Shown here piece after piece: positions 17,439-26,761 of a stretch of DNA of 64,000 nucleotides. The position numbers and the translations under genes were made by a program. The stretch is from Bryobacterales bacterium. GTDB taxonomy: Bacteria > Acidobacteriota > Terriglobia > Bryobacterales > UBA6623. The stretch is from positions 4,184-68,183 of the forward strand of contig JAPOOG010000073.1 of NCBI GenBank assembly GCA_026713545.1, written 5' to 3'. The notes beneath the pieces were generated by a model. That model searched no databases. It was not told where the DNA came from and saw nothing but the letters and a program-made list of their open reading frames with translations. Numbering within the stretch: the stretch's first letter is position 1; each line of letters begins with the position of its first letter.

Positions 17439-18185
17439 ATGAGTCAACAGGTGTTCGAAAACCGCACGGTCCTGGTCACCGGCGGCTCGCGTGGCATCGG
17501 GCGGGCTGTCTGCGAAACCCTTGCGGAAGGCGGAGCGCGCGTCGCCATCAACTTTCAGACGAACGAGCAAGCCGCGAACGAGGCGCTGGCGGCGGTCGAA
17601 AAAAACGCCGGAAAGGCCATGATTGTCCAAGCTGACGTGTCTCGAGAAGACCATGTCGAGCGCATGGTGGCCGAAGTTCGGGAAAAGTTGGGGCCTATCG
17701 ACTTGCTCGTAAACAATGCCGGTATCGCCGAATCTGTGGCTCACGATCAGCTCAGCTTTGAGAGTTGGAAGCGCATGTTCGAGGTCAACGTGGACGGGCC
17801 GTTTCTCGTTACCTGGGCCGTCAAGGATGAAATGATCGAGCGCCGTTTCGGCCGCATCGTGAATGTTTCTTCGCTGGCAGGACTTGTCCGCAAGAAAGAG
17901 ATGATTCACTATGCCACCACCAAAGCAGCGGTCAACTCCTTTACGCGGCATTGCGCACTGGCCTTCGCGCCGTACAATGTGCGGGTCAACTGCGTCGCGC
18001 CCGGTCTTACCAACACCCGCTTGTCCCTGTCGGCGAATCCGGATGTCCCTCATCTGATAGGACTGACTGCCCTGGGCCGAATGGCGGAACCTTACGAAAT
18101 AGCCGTCGTCGTCCGGTTCCTGCTCTCGGAAGAGTCCAGTTTCATCACCGGTCAGACGGTGTCGGCTTGCGGCGGCAGGGTCTAG
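17439..18185 (+). CDS. Short-chain dehydrogenase/reductase (FabG-like SDR)
   Basis: TGGSRGIGRA cofactor motif, NNAG, and a YxxxK region (YATTKAAV). ATG 17439 is preferred over the TTG 17403 ORF start. Confidence 0.9.
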   Translation: MSQQVFENRTVLVTGGSRGIGRAVCETLAEGGARVAINFQTNEQAANEALAAVEKNAGKAMIVQADVSREDHVERMVAEVREKLGPIDLLVNNAGIAESVAHDQLSFESWKRMFEVNVDGPFLVTWAVKDEMIERRFGRIVNVSSLAGLVRKKEMIHYATTKAAVNSFTRHCALAFAPYNVRVNCVAPGLTNTRLSLSANPDVPHLIGLTALGRMAEPYEIAVVVRFLLSEESSFITGQTVSACGGRV

Positions 18186-19600
18186 CGATCCTCCGGCCGT
18201 GCACGGGCAGCCCTTCGCTCGAGGATCTCTGACGGAAGCAGCGCCTCTCCCCCGTTGATCACGCGATCGATCTTTCGCGTATTGCGAATATCTTGGAGGG
18301 GATTCGCTTCTAACAGCACCAGGTCCGCGCGCTTTCCGGGCTCGATGCCGCCGAGATGGTTCTCTTGTCGAAGCACTTCCGCGTTGGCGCGCGTTGCAGC
18401 CTGGAGCACGGCGGCCGGAGACATGCCGCTCTCCACCAGGAGTTCCATTTCCGTGTGCAAAGAGTATCCCGGTGCGACCTGAGGCTCGGGGGCGTCGGTT
18501 CCAACCAGGATTTTTGCTCCCGCCTGATGCAGCATCCCGACCAGATCCTGATATTTCCTGAAGGTTCTCCGCCTCGTCTCAAGAGGGCCGGCGCTGTAGT
18601 TCGCCAACCGTCTCTTGCGGTCCTCCGCCCAGAAATCTCTCAGGCGGCCAGGCATCCCGAGATTGTCGGGGTGATTCACGATCTCCTCGACATCAACAAA
18701 AAACAACGTGCCCCAAAACACCGCAAGCGTGGGATCGACAAAGACGCCGCTGTCGGCAATGGTGCGGACGAGTTTGCGCGCTTTGGCGCTCTCAATGTCG
18801 AGGCTATGGCGGTCTTTTGGGTCCGCGCGAAGGAAATCGGAGACGGACTCGATGTGTTCAAGGCTGTCGATTCCGTCTTGAATCGCCTCTTGAACCGGAT
18901 AGCTGCTCAGATGCCCCGTGACGACAAACCCTCGCTTATGGCCTTCTTCGATCACTTTGCGCGCCACTGAGGGCAAGCAGTTCGCATAGATCTTGAGTGT
19001 CGTCACGCCCCATTTGGACATGTCGTTGACGAACGCCGGCACTTCGGCGGGCGAGGTCAGACTCCATCCGATGTCCTTGTGGATGGGGGGAGCATTCCCG
19101 ATCAGCCAGCTTGCGAGAAACAGTCGCGGAGACATGTCGGGATTCTCTTCCGCCCAGCGCCGGAGCAGACTCTGCGCCACGACGTTGTCGCCGGTGCTGC
19201 GGACGCTGGTGACCCCGTTGGCAAGGAAGTAGGGCAGGATCTCGTCCGCAGTCATTCCCGCCTGGTAAAGCACGTGCGTCAGATGAACATGCGCATCTAT
19301 GAGGCCCGGGATGAGGAATTTGCCCTGCCCATCCAGGACCTGGGTCTCAGGTGGCAGCTCGGCTTCTTCGGCCTGGTCTACTCTGACAACGTGGTGGCCG
19401 CGGATGAGAACCGTCCGACTTGGGAGAAAACTGCCGGAGCGGTTATCCCAAACGCTGGTGTTGCGAATCGCCAGAGCCAAAGCGGCAGGATCGGCGGCAG
19501 GATCGTGTGGGCTGCTACACGACATGGTGAGCAGAACCCCCAGTACCAGGAGACCAGCCGGTCCTCGATGATGCAGCAGGCTTTTGAGAGATCCGTTCAA
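18182..19600 (-). CDS. Amidohydrolase-family metallo-hydrolase, probable lipoprotein
   Basis: LIPGLIDAHVHL metal-binding motif. The signal/lipobox-like LLVLGVLLTMSC fits a TTG start at 19600. The longest ORF (to 19783) runs into RepA copy B and is probably over-extended. Confidence 0.8.
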   Translation of the reverse strand: MNGSLKSLLHHRGPAGLLVLGVLLTMSCSSPHDPAADPAALALAIRNTSVWDNRSGSFLPSRTVLIRGHHVVRVDQAEEAELPPETQVLDGQGKFLIPGLIDAHVHLTHVLYQAGMTADEILPYFLANGVTSVRSTGDNVVAQSLLRRWAEENPDMSPRLFLASWLIGNAPPIHKDIGWSLTSPAEVPAFVNDMSKWGVTTLKIYANCLPSVARKVIEEGHKRGFVVTGHLSSYPVQEAIQDGIDSLEHIESVSDFLRADPKDRHSLDIESAKARKLVRTIADSGVFVDPTLAVFWGTLFFVDVEEIVNHPDNLGMPGRLRDFWAEDRKRRLANYSAGPLETRRRTFRKYQDLVGMLHQAGAKILVGTDAPEPQVAPGYSLHTEMELLVESGMSPAAVLQAATRANAEVLRQENHLGGIEPGKRADLVLLEANPLQDIRNTRKIDRVINGGEALLPSEILERRAARARPEDR

Positions 19601-19673
19601 CGGGGTTGATTGTCGCAGAAAGCATTGGTCACCGAGTCTTGTTGCAGAGCTCGCGAACCCAAGCCCGTGTAAG

Positions 19674-19849
19674 CCTGCATTTCTCACCACGTGGCGAGGC
19701 GAAGTGCGTGAGAGGGCCGTCAGGACGAGGCGCGCGCCGCTTGGCGTGCGCAGGCATACTTGACAGTACGTCGAGCACGGCAAGCAAGCGCAACGAAGTC
19801 ATGGCGGTCGTATCGTGCGCTCCGGCCGTCGGGTGGTGAGAAATGCAGG
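19674..19849 (+). repeat. RepA copy B (176 bp, perfect 17-bp terminal inverted repeats)
   Basis: CCTGCATTTCTCACCAC ... GTGGTGAGAAATGCAGG are exact reverse complements. TA is present on both flanks. Confidence 0.85.
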
Positions 19850-19944
19850 TTAGACCGACCCTCTCTACATGGGCCGTACGTATTCGAGATCGTGCGGGTC
19901 TATGTCGTTGATCGAGCGTCACCGTCGACATGCATTGCTTTCGC

Positions 19945-20718
19945 CTATTGGTAAGGCTCGATGGCCTGCGTCGCCGCCGATTTCAGCAGGTTGTACTCGC
20001 TCGCTCTCGTAGAGCCGAAGATCTGAATGTCTCTTAGGCGCTCGCGCTCGTAATCGGCCTTGTCTTTCGGCATGATCGCTGGTTCAACGGCGAGGCCCCG
20101 GGCCAGGGCGGCTTCGATCACGGTCTCCATGGCGGCAATCACTTCCGGGTGCTCCCATTGACCGTGAAGGTTCATCGTCGCGGCCAAGTCGCCGGGTCCG
20201 AAGACGATGCCGTCGATGCCATCCACCGACACGATGGCTTCGATGTTCCGTACGCCGAGGGCCGATTCGATCTTGGCGATGACGAGAACAGCCTCGTTGG
20301 CGGCCTTGCAGTACCCGGCCACGTCGGAGCTGTCGTAGTCGGCGTTGGCGCCCAGCGCCAGGCCGCGCTCACCTTCGGGAGCGTACCTGGACCAGCGCAC
20401 GAGATCTTCGACCTGTTCGGCTGTGTCGGCATGGGACAGCACGATGCCCAGAGCGCCGGCATCGAGCATGCGCGACACCAGCAGGCGATCGGGTGACACC
20501 ACCGTCACCAACGGCGCCAGGTGATTGTCGCGAGCCAGCACGAGGAAATTGGTGAGCGTCTCGTCGTTATGCACCACGTGTTCGGTGTCGACCATGATGA
20601 AGTCGAAACCTGCCTGAGCGGCGATCTTGACGACTGACGGGCGCAGCGACTCGAAGACGTTGAACCCCTTTACCGCCTCGCCCTTCTTCAGAGCCCTTCT
20701 GACGTGGTTCGTGATCAC
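19945..20718 (-). CDS. HpcH/HpaI-family class II aldolase (2-keto-3-deoxy-acid aldolase type)
   Basis: 257-aa ORF with GFDFIMVDTEH and a layout typical of HpaI/YfaU-type pyruvate aldolases. Confidence 0.85.
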   Translation of the reverse strand: MITNHVRRALKKGEAVKGFNVFESLRPSVVKIAAQAGFDFIMVDTEHVVHNDETLTNFLVLARDNHLAPLVTVVSPDRLLVSRMLDAGALGIVLSHADTAEQVEDLVRWSRYAPEGERGLALGANADYDSSDVAGYCKAANEAVLVIAKIESALGVRNIEAIVSVDGIDGIVFGPGDLAATMNLHGQWEHPEVIAAMETVIEAALARGLAVEPAIMPKDKADYERERLRDIQIFGSTRASEYNLLKSAATQAIEPYQ

Positions 20719-20917
20719 AATGTGTGTCGGTGGGTCAATACTGCGGTCAAACAGCTAATCCAGGTAGCCGTCGAGACCAGCGTCCGTGCGCCTGTCTTCT
20801 TGCTGCGCTTCTGCTCGATGAATCGGATCTGTGGATGTGGACGTCCGCAATCACCAATGAATGCCTCGAGCCGGTCCAACTTTCAAGCGTTCGGCCTGCA
20901 TTTGCATTCGAAAAACT

Positions 20918-21946
20918 CTAAAACGTCGCGATCGGATTGAGGGGTGAACCCGTTCCGCCCACGACCCGGATGGGCGCGGCAGTAAGCAGGAATTCCCAGC
21001 GGTTCTGTCGCGCGGCTTCCTCACTGACAGCCTCCAGGTCGCAGTTGTCGAAGATCGGCATACCCATGGCGATCAGAACGAGCTGATGGATGGGTTGGGC
21101 AGAGCCCTCGACACCGGAAGGAGACACATCGCTGGCAGCGTCGCTTCCCAGTATGGCTACGTCGCGCTGTTTGAGCCAGGGGGCGCAAGACGCGTGGAGG
21201 CCTGCGGACTTTTCGGAAATCATCCAAGGGCCTTTTTCAGCGCGCAACTTCCAGCGCCCTGTGTAGATGAAGACGACATCTCCGCTCGATACTTTCAGGC
21301 CCGCTTGCTTCTCCCATGCGTCCAGGTCTTCGGGATAGATCGGCGTTCCCGGTTCGAGATAGGGAACGCCCTTGAGCCGGGGAATGTCCATCAGGATGCC
21401 GCGTGTAAAGATGCCGTCTTTCATATGGTGAATCGAGTACTTGCGGGCGCCTTCTTCAGTCACCTCATCCTGCGAATGGCCGTTGAACATCTTTCCCTTG
21501 TGAAACATGTGACAAATTGCGTCGAGATGCGTGTGGGCATATCCGTGATAGAGGACGCTGAAGCGGTCCACGCAGAACGGAAAGTCGGGGGTAGAGCCGA
21601 CGCCGGTCGCCGTCATCTCGTGCTCGAACGGTGATGGGTTGTCAACGGCTTTCTCTTTCACCGCATTGTGGGCCAGCGACACGGAGATGCCCTTCTTCAC
21701 CAGGGAAGCGGCTTGCATCCTTTTCTCCGGGGTGATCAGATTGACCGCACCAAGTTCATCGTTCTCACCCCAACGGCCCCAGTTGGAAAGATCCGTCATC
21801 CACTGTTCGACCGTGTCTTTGGTAACGGTCTCACGGGCGGCCGCCGAATCAGTGGCGGACTCACAAGCCGGCAGGCCCATGAGAATGATCCCGGTGGCCA
21901 AGCCGATGAAGCAGTTGTTTGCGAAGCGCATACGCTCTCCCTTCAA
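20918..21946 (-). CDS. Cyclase-family protein (kynurenine-formamidase-like fold), probable lipoprotein
   Basis: 342-aa ORF with WGENDELGAVNLITPE and H-rich HGYAHTHLDAICHMF motifs typical of the putative cyclase family. N-terminal LMGLPAC lipobox. Confidence 0.75.
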   Translation of the reverse strand: MKGERMRFANNCFIGLATGIILMGLPACESATDSAAARETVTKDTVEQWMTDLSNWGRWGENDELGAVNLITPEKRMQAASLVKKGISVSLAHNAVKEKAVDNPSPFEHEMTATGVGSTPDFPFCVDRFSVLYHGYAHTHLDAICHMFHKGKMFNGHSQDEVTEEGARKYSIHHMKDGIFTRGILMDIPRLKGVPYLEPGTPIYPEDLDAWEKQAGLKVSSGDVVFIYTGRWKLRAEKGPWMISEKSAGLHASCAPWLKQRDVAILGSDAASDVSPSGVEGSAQPIHQLVLIAMGMPIFDNCDLEAVSEEAARQNRWEFLLTAAPIRVVGGTGSPLNPIATF

Positions 21947-22085
21947 GGAATGAATGTCGATGTATCTCTATTGATCCGCCTCGATCCCTGTGTCTTCCAA
22001 TCTTCAGATTCCAGAACCGGCTCCAGGCAAGAGCAACCGTCGAAGATAGCAGGTTGGGCGCAACACCCGTAACATGGCCGGGTCA

Positions 22086-23048
22086 TCACTTCTCGGGCAG
22101 CACTTGCACCACCATGCAGCGGTGCTCCTTGAGCCGGGAGCGCGGGTCGGTCTCGCTACGCTTCCAGGGTTCGAAAGTCGACACGTCCAGTGTCCACTCT
22201 ACGCGTTTGTCCTCGCCGACGATAAAGAGGGGCACGCGGTTCTCACCGCGTTTCTTATAGTGCCAGTCGGAGTTGACCAGCAGCAGGCGCCCGTCCTCCA
22301 GCGGGACGACGCCGCCCGGCAAGAGCAGAGGGAAGGAGTCTTCGACGTCGTGTGGAGTCAAGCTCCAAACCTCCTTCCCCTGCGGGTCAAAGCGCTTGAC
22401 ACCGAAGCGGCCGGTGCAGTACGTACTGCCGTCCTTGAGACGTTTCGCCATAGCCGGCAGGCCGGGTACGGAGAAGGACGCCACCGGCTTGCCGTCCCGA
22501 TCGACCTCGACGAAACGCTGCTCGGCCCGCAAGGCGGCCAGATAGCTTCCGGCTGTCGTGAGGCGCAGATAGTTATAACGAGTGTGTTCGTTTCCTTCCG
22601 CCGGGAGCGGGATGCGCCGCAACACGCGTCCGGTACCACGTTCGAGTTCGAGGATTGCCTGCTCACCACTGTTGAGTACGGCCACGCGGCCATCATCGGG
22701 CCGAACGACGAAGGACTTCACTTCGTGAGGAAGCGTGACGGCATATTCCCAGAGCGTGTTTCCGGAGCGGTCTATTTCACGGACGTAGGCGCTCGTTCCA
22801 TACAGCACATTGCCGTTGTCGAACATGGCGCCATCGTAGATCAGATGGTAAAGCCACGACTGGCCGGCGGCCGCCTGGGGCAAGTAAGACCACGAGCAAC
22901 TGCCGTCCCGTTCCACGACGTAAAGCCCCTCGGAGGCGACCAGCAGCATGCGGTGCGGAAGAACGGAGTCGCCGTGCGAGGAAGGTCCACCTGCGAAAGC
23001 GCCAAGGGACGCACACAGAAGGGCGAGGGTGAAGAGCAACTGTTTCAT
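22086..23048 (-). CDS. Secreted beta-propeller-like hypothetical protein (PQQ/BamB-like repeats)
   Basis: Signal peptide MKQLLFTLALLCASLGAFA. Repetitive DG..W/L strand patterns. No catalytic motif recognised. Confidence 0.6.
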   Translation of the reverse strand: MKQLLFTLALLCASLGAFAGGPSSHGDSVLPHRMLLVASEGLYVVERDGSCSWSYLPQAAAGQSWLYHLIYDGAMFDNGNVLYGTSAYVREIDRSGNTLWEYAVTLPHEVKSFVVRPDDGRVAVLNSGEQAILELERGTGRVLRRIPLPAEGNEHTRYNYLRLTTAGSYLAALRAEQRFVEVDRDGKPVASFSVPGLPAMAKRLKDGSTYCTGRFGVKRFDPQGKEVWSLTPHDVEDSFPLLLPGGVVPLEDGRLLLVNSDWHYKKRGENRVPLFIVGEDKRVEWTLDVSTFEPWKRSETDPRSRLKEHRCMVVQVLPEK

Positions 23049-23279
23049 GCACGCGACCCGGGCCGTACGGGGCTTCGGGAATTGTCAATCCGGTCGATGG
23101 CAAAACCTGCCGCCTGTGCGCTGCCCATGATTGCATCGCCCGAGCGGCGTCTTCAAGGCGCAAGGACCGCAGCGGACCGGCATGCAACCGCACCTCCCTC
23201 AACTCACGCCATCAGGCAGGTACCGGGCTACTCCGAGCCGGCAAATGCCGTCTCCCCCCATAGCGTAATACCGTATCCC

Positions 23280-26200
23280 CTACCAGTACAGCTTCAACCC
23301 GAACTGGATCACGCGCGCCATGCCCGCGCTGGTGATCCTTCCGAAATTGGGGCTCTCGAAGGTGGTGTTCGGACGGCCCAGATTCGTGGCGTTCAGCATG
23401 TTGAAGAACTCGGAGCGGAACTGAATCCGCAGGTCTTCGCGGATGGTGAACATCTTGTTCAGAGAGAAATCCCAGTTCGTATACCCTGGGGCATTGAGGT
23501 AGTGAACTCCCGCATTGCCGTAGGTTCGAAAGGCCGGGAGTTCGAAGCAGCTTGTGTCGAACCAGCGCTCCCGGGTGCCGTTCGGAATGTTCCCGTCGCA
23601 GATGCGGTTCGGGTAGTGATTGAAGATGGCCCCCGTATCGGAGGGATCCGCATTGGTCCGCACATGCATCGGTCCGCCCGTCTGCGCGTTCACGATGCTG
23701 TTGACTTCCCATCCCTGCAGGAGGAATCGTGGAGCACCCTGCAGACTCTTCCCGAAGGGCAGCTCATAGTTGATGCTGAAGACGAAGTTGTGCCGGATGT
23801 CATGGATGCTGCGGGCCTTGTCGAGATCCGCCAAGAAATAGTTTCTGGTCGCCTTGCTGTCGTAGGAATCGTTGTCGAGCGACTTCGCAAAGGTGTAGGA
23901 GCTCTGAAAGATCAGCCCGTGGCTGTAGCTCTTTTTCAGGGTCAGCAACAGGCCGTGATACGACGAGTTGGAGAATCCGCGATCGTCGAGTATGAACGAC
24001 CACTGCGGATACGGCCTGCGCTCCTCCAACGGCCGGGTGTCGCCCAGATCCGGCAGGGGCGCGACATTGGAATCAACCCGCTTGGAAAGCTTCGTGCCCT
24101 TGGAGCCGACATAGGCGGCCTCGGCGAAAATCTGCCCGGGCAGTGTGCGTTGGATGCTCAGGGTCCATTGCTGAATGTAGGGGCTGCGGCGGTCCGCGAG
24201 GTTGAACAGGAATGTACCTTGAAACTCGTTGGGGTCGTCGCCCACCAAGACCGGGAAGAGGGTGGAGGTGTCGATGGTCGGCACCTTCTGGTCACTCGTG
24301 AACGACTGACCGGTCACCGCCGGCGGGAACAAGCCGGTCCACGCCAGATCGTTGCCCGGTATGCGGTCGTAGTAGATGCCGTAGCTGCCTCGCAGGGCCC
24401 AGGCCCGACTGCCTCCCGGCGACCAGGCGAACCCGAATCGCGGCGCCAGGTCGTTGAAGTCTTTCTGAATCACATTGCGGGGCCGGCCTTCGATGCAACA
24501 CCGATTGACCCTGCCTGTCGCGTAGTCAAAAATGGCGGCAAGGTCATCCACATCGACGAAGGGAGACGTGTACTGATATCGCAGGCCCATGTTGAGCGTG
24601 AGGTTCTGCGTCGCCTTGTAGTTGTCATTCACATAGGCGTTCCACTCGAGCCCGCGCCGTATAAAAACGCGGGTCGTTCCGCCGGTGGCTGTAAACGGAG
24701 CCCCCAACAGGAAATCGGAGACGGCGTTGCCGCTGAACTGGCCGGTGTAGGCGATCCTGCCGGTTTGCGTAAAGCCCGCGATGTCCTTTAGCCGGACACG
24801 CACGAACTGTCCGCCGAAGTTCAAACTGTGTTTTCCTTTGATCACGGCAAAGTTGTCCACGACGTGAAAGTTGTCGTTTTCCGTAATGATGCAGTTCTGG
24901 AACGTGAACCCGAAGGCGTTGAATCCCGACATCGCTACGGAAGGGGCGCCATTGCATTCGGGAATCTCGCTGAGACCCGTCAATCCCAGAGCCGTCGGCC
25001 AATCGGGGTTGTTCACTGCGTTCTCGGGTCCGTTCGTGTTCAACAGCGCCCGATCCTCCCCGAAGCGGAAATTATTGATCATGGTCGGCGACAGGATCTT
25101 TGTCCAACCAATCACGATGTTGCGCGTATCAAACGGACTCTCGGTGTTGTTGAAGGGCACCGTCTGTCCCCTGATCTGATCGGACTCCGAGATCGAAACG
25201 CGGCCGAAAACCCGGTCCGACTCCGACGCATTCCAATCGCTCCGGAGACTGAACTTGAAGTCGTCCTGAGTAAAAGGAGTTGTGACGACCCGGTTGAATG
25301 CGCCGTCGGTGACAGCAGTCGGCTCAGCGATCATGCCCGCGGCGATATAGCGGTTCGCGAAGTCGTCAAACTGGTTATTCGGGATTCTGTTGTTGGGAAA
25401 CGGCTGGCGCGTGTCGGTTGCGGCATCGTAGGTGCGCGGATCGAAGATCTGCGAGTCGGGCAGCAAGGCCGAGAAGTCACCGTTGATCATGTCCGGAGTG
25501 GGTACGACGGCGCGCCCTCCGGTAAAGGACCGCCGCCGGGCAAGTCCCTCGTAGGAGCCAAAGAAAAAGAGTTTGTCCTTGACGATGGGCAGACCGGCCA
25601 CTCCGCCGTATTGGTTCTGCCTATCGGGACTCTTTTCGCGAGCAAAGGCGTTGCGAGCATCCAGCTTGTCGTTTCGGAAGAACTCCCAGAGAGTGCCGTG
25701 GAATTCGTTGGTGCCCGATTTCGTCACGACGTTGGTGACGGCGGGCAGTCCGTACTCGGGGCTGAAGTATCCCTGCTGCACCTTGAACTCCGCGATCGAT
25801 TCCGGAGCCGGCAACGTGCCGACCGAGCTGTAGAAGTTGTGTTTGTTCGGGATGCCGTCAAACAGAATGTCATTGGAGCCTTCCCGCATGCCGGTGATCG
25901 AAACGGCCACCGACGGCCTTCCACCGGAAAGCCCGGTGGCGACACTTTCAACGTTGCCGACACTGGGGTTGACGGTCCCCGCGTTCAAGTACGCGAGGCT
26001 GATGAAAGAGCGCCCGTTCAAAGGCAACTCGACAACCCGGCGCTGCTCTACGACGCTACCCAGGCTGGCCGACTCGGAGTTGACCGTCACGGCCTCCGCC
26101 TCGACGGTGATGGTTTCGGTCACTTGGCCGACTTCCAACACGACATCCTGCCGGCGCTGTTGGTCGACTTGGACCGACAGGTTCTCGACGCTCGCCGTGC

Positions 26201-26471
26201 GAAAGGACTCGAGTTCCGCCGTCAGAGTGTACATCCCTGGCGGCAAGAACAAGAAACGATAACTGCCCAGTTGGTCGGACTGCGCCTGGCGCAGTTCATT
26301 GGTGTCGACGTTGACAGCGGTCAGCAAGACGTCAACGAGCGCCGCGCCGCTCGTGTCGGTTACAGTTCCTACCAGTTCGCCGCTGCTTTTCTGTGCGTAA
26401 CCGGGGTGTGAAACCATCAATACGAGGGAAAACAGCAGGAATGTGAAAAACCTACCTCGATCGCCCAACAT
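23280..26471 (-). CDS. TonB-dependent receptor with N-terminal carboxypeptidase-regulatory-like domain
   Basis: 1063 aa. Signal peptide, then GTVTDTSGAALVDVLLTAVNVDTN...GSYRFLFLPPGMYTL (CarboxypepD_reg), a plug-like region, and a beta-barrel ending in the aromatic terminus ...FGLKLYW. Confidence 0.9.
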   Translation of the reverse strand: MLGDRGRFFTFLLFSLVLMVSHPGYAQKSSGELVGTVTDTSGAALVDVLLTAVNVDTNELRQAQSDQLGSYRFLFLPPGMYTLTAELESFRTASVENLSVQVDQQRRQDVVLEVGQVTETITVEAEAVTVNSESASLGSVVEQRRVVELPLNGRSFISLAYLNAGTVNPSVGNVESVATGLSGGRPSVAVSITGMREGSNDILFDGIPNKHNFYSSVGTLPAPESIAEFKVQQGYFSPEYGLPAVTNVVTKSGTNEFHGTLWEFFRNDKLDARNAFAREKSPDRQNQYGGVAGLPIVKDKLFFFGSYEGLARRRSFTGGRAVVPTPDMINGDFSALLPDSQIFDPRTYDAATDTRQPFPNNRIPNNQFDDFANRYIAAGMIAEPTAVTDGAFNRVVTTPFTQDDFKFSLRSDWNASESDRVFGRVSISESDQIRGQTVPFNNTESPFDTRNIVIGWTKILSPTMINNFRFGEDRALLNTNGPENAVNNPDWPTALGLTGLSEIPECNGAPSVAMSGFNAFGFTFQNCIITENDNFHVVDNFAVIKGKHSLNFGGQFVRVRLKDIAGFTQTGRIAYTGQFSGNAVSDFLLGAPFTATGGTTRVFIRRGLEWNAYVNDNYKATQNLTLNMGLRYQYTSPFVDVDDLAAIFDYATGRVNRCCIEGRPRNVIQKDFNDLAPRFGFAWSPGGSRAWALRGSYGIYYDRIPGNDLAWTGLFPPAVTGQSFTSDQKVPTIDTSTLFPVLVGDDPNEFQGTFLFNLADRRSPYIQQWTLSIQRTLPGQIFAEAAYVGSKGTKLSKRVDSNVAPLPDLGDTRPLEERRPYPQWSFILDDRGFSNSSYHGLLLTLKKSYSHGLIFQSSYTFAKSLDNDSYDSKATRNYFLADLDKARSIHDIRHNFVFSINYELPFGKSLQGAPRFLLQGWEVNSIVNAQTGGPMHVRTNADPSDTGAIFNHYPNRICDGNIPNGTRERWFDTSCFELPAFRTYGNAGVHYLNAPGYTNWDFSLNKMFTIREDLRIQFRSEFFNMLNATNLGRPNTTFESPNFGRITSAGMARVIQFGLKLYW

Positions 26472-26526
26472 GTGTTGTTGATCCTCTTTCCAGTTGATCA
26501 GGCCGAGCCAACAGCCTGAGACGGGT

Positions 26527-26608
26527 GAGGGAAAAGGGCACTATCGGTCCGAGCGCCGCTCAAACAAGATCGAGATTTGAGGCATGGACCAATTGCCCAC
26601 CTTCCCTC
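26527..26608 (-). promoter_or_regulatory. Extended four-helix imperfect hairpin in the 5' leader of the TonB-dependent receptor gene
   Basis: Nested complementary segments: GAGGGAA/TTCCCTC, GGGCA/TGCCC, GGTCC/GGACC and CTCAAA/TTTGAG, 23 bp in total. Confidence 0.45.
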
Positions 26609-26637
26609 GCGTACGCCTATCCCTCGCGTACGCCTAT
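26604..26637. repeat. Exact tandem duplication of a 17-mer (CCCTCGCGTACGCCTAT x2), each containing the palindrome GCGTACGC
   Basis: Read directly. It lies between the candidate promoter and the leader hairpin. Confidence 0.9.
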
Positions 26638-26657
26638 CATTGATCGCGCCGCGCCTG

Positions 26658-26686
26658 AGTATACTCCCGCGCATTACCCACGTCAA
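26658..26686 (-). promoter_or_regulatory. Candidate sigma70-type promoter (TTGACG-17 nt-TATACT on the minus strand) for the 23280-26471 receptor gene
   Basis: The reverse complement of 26658-26686 reads TTGACGTGGGTAATGCGCGGGAGTATACT. Confidence 0.5.
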
Positions 26687-26761
26687 GAATGGTCCGGATG
26701 AAGTTTGACCTCGTCAAAGTTCCCCGACATGCTCTCCAAACGATTTGTGCACACCGCCGGA

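Noticed and set aside
18182-18185. Convergent genes sharing CTAG (18182-18185) and CTAA (2151-2154), so both stop codons overlap
   Set aside because: This is real but a trivial consequence of tight gene packing, not a regulatory feature I can support.
19674-19849. RepA/RepC as integron attC sites or DGR template/variable repeats
   Set aside because: The ends lack the attC RYYYAAC/GTTRRRY cores, and there is no integrase. Differences between copies are not adenine-specific, and no reverse transcriptase gene is present.
22074-24791. 905-aa plus-strand ORF
   Set aside because: It lies antisense to two well-supported minus-strand genes (a beta-propeller protein and a TonB-dependent receptor). 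Its composition is the R/G/A/V/P-rich pattern of high-GC shadow ORFs, and I recognise no motif.
26604-26637. Tandem repeats (17-mers here, heptads at 57306-57338) as a CRISPR array
   Set aside because: There are only two directly abutting units with no spacers. The heptads are microsatellite-like. No cas genes are present in the window.
26472-26650. Cobalamin or another known riboswitch in the TonB-dependent receptor leader
   Set aside because: I could find no B12-box-like core or other riboswitch consensus that I know. The region is kept as an unclassified structured leader instead.
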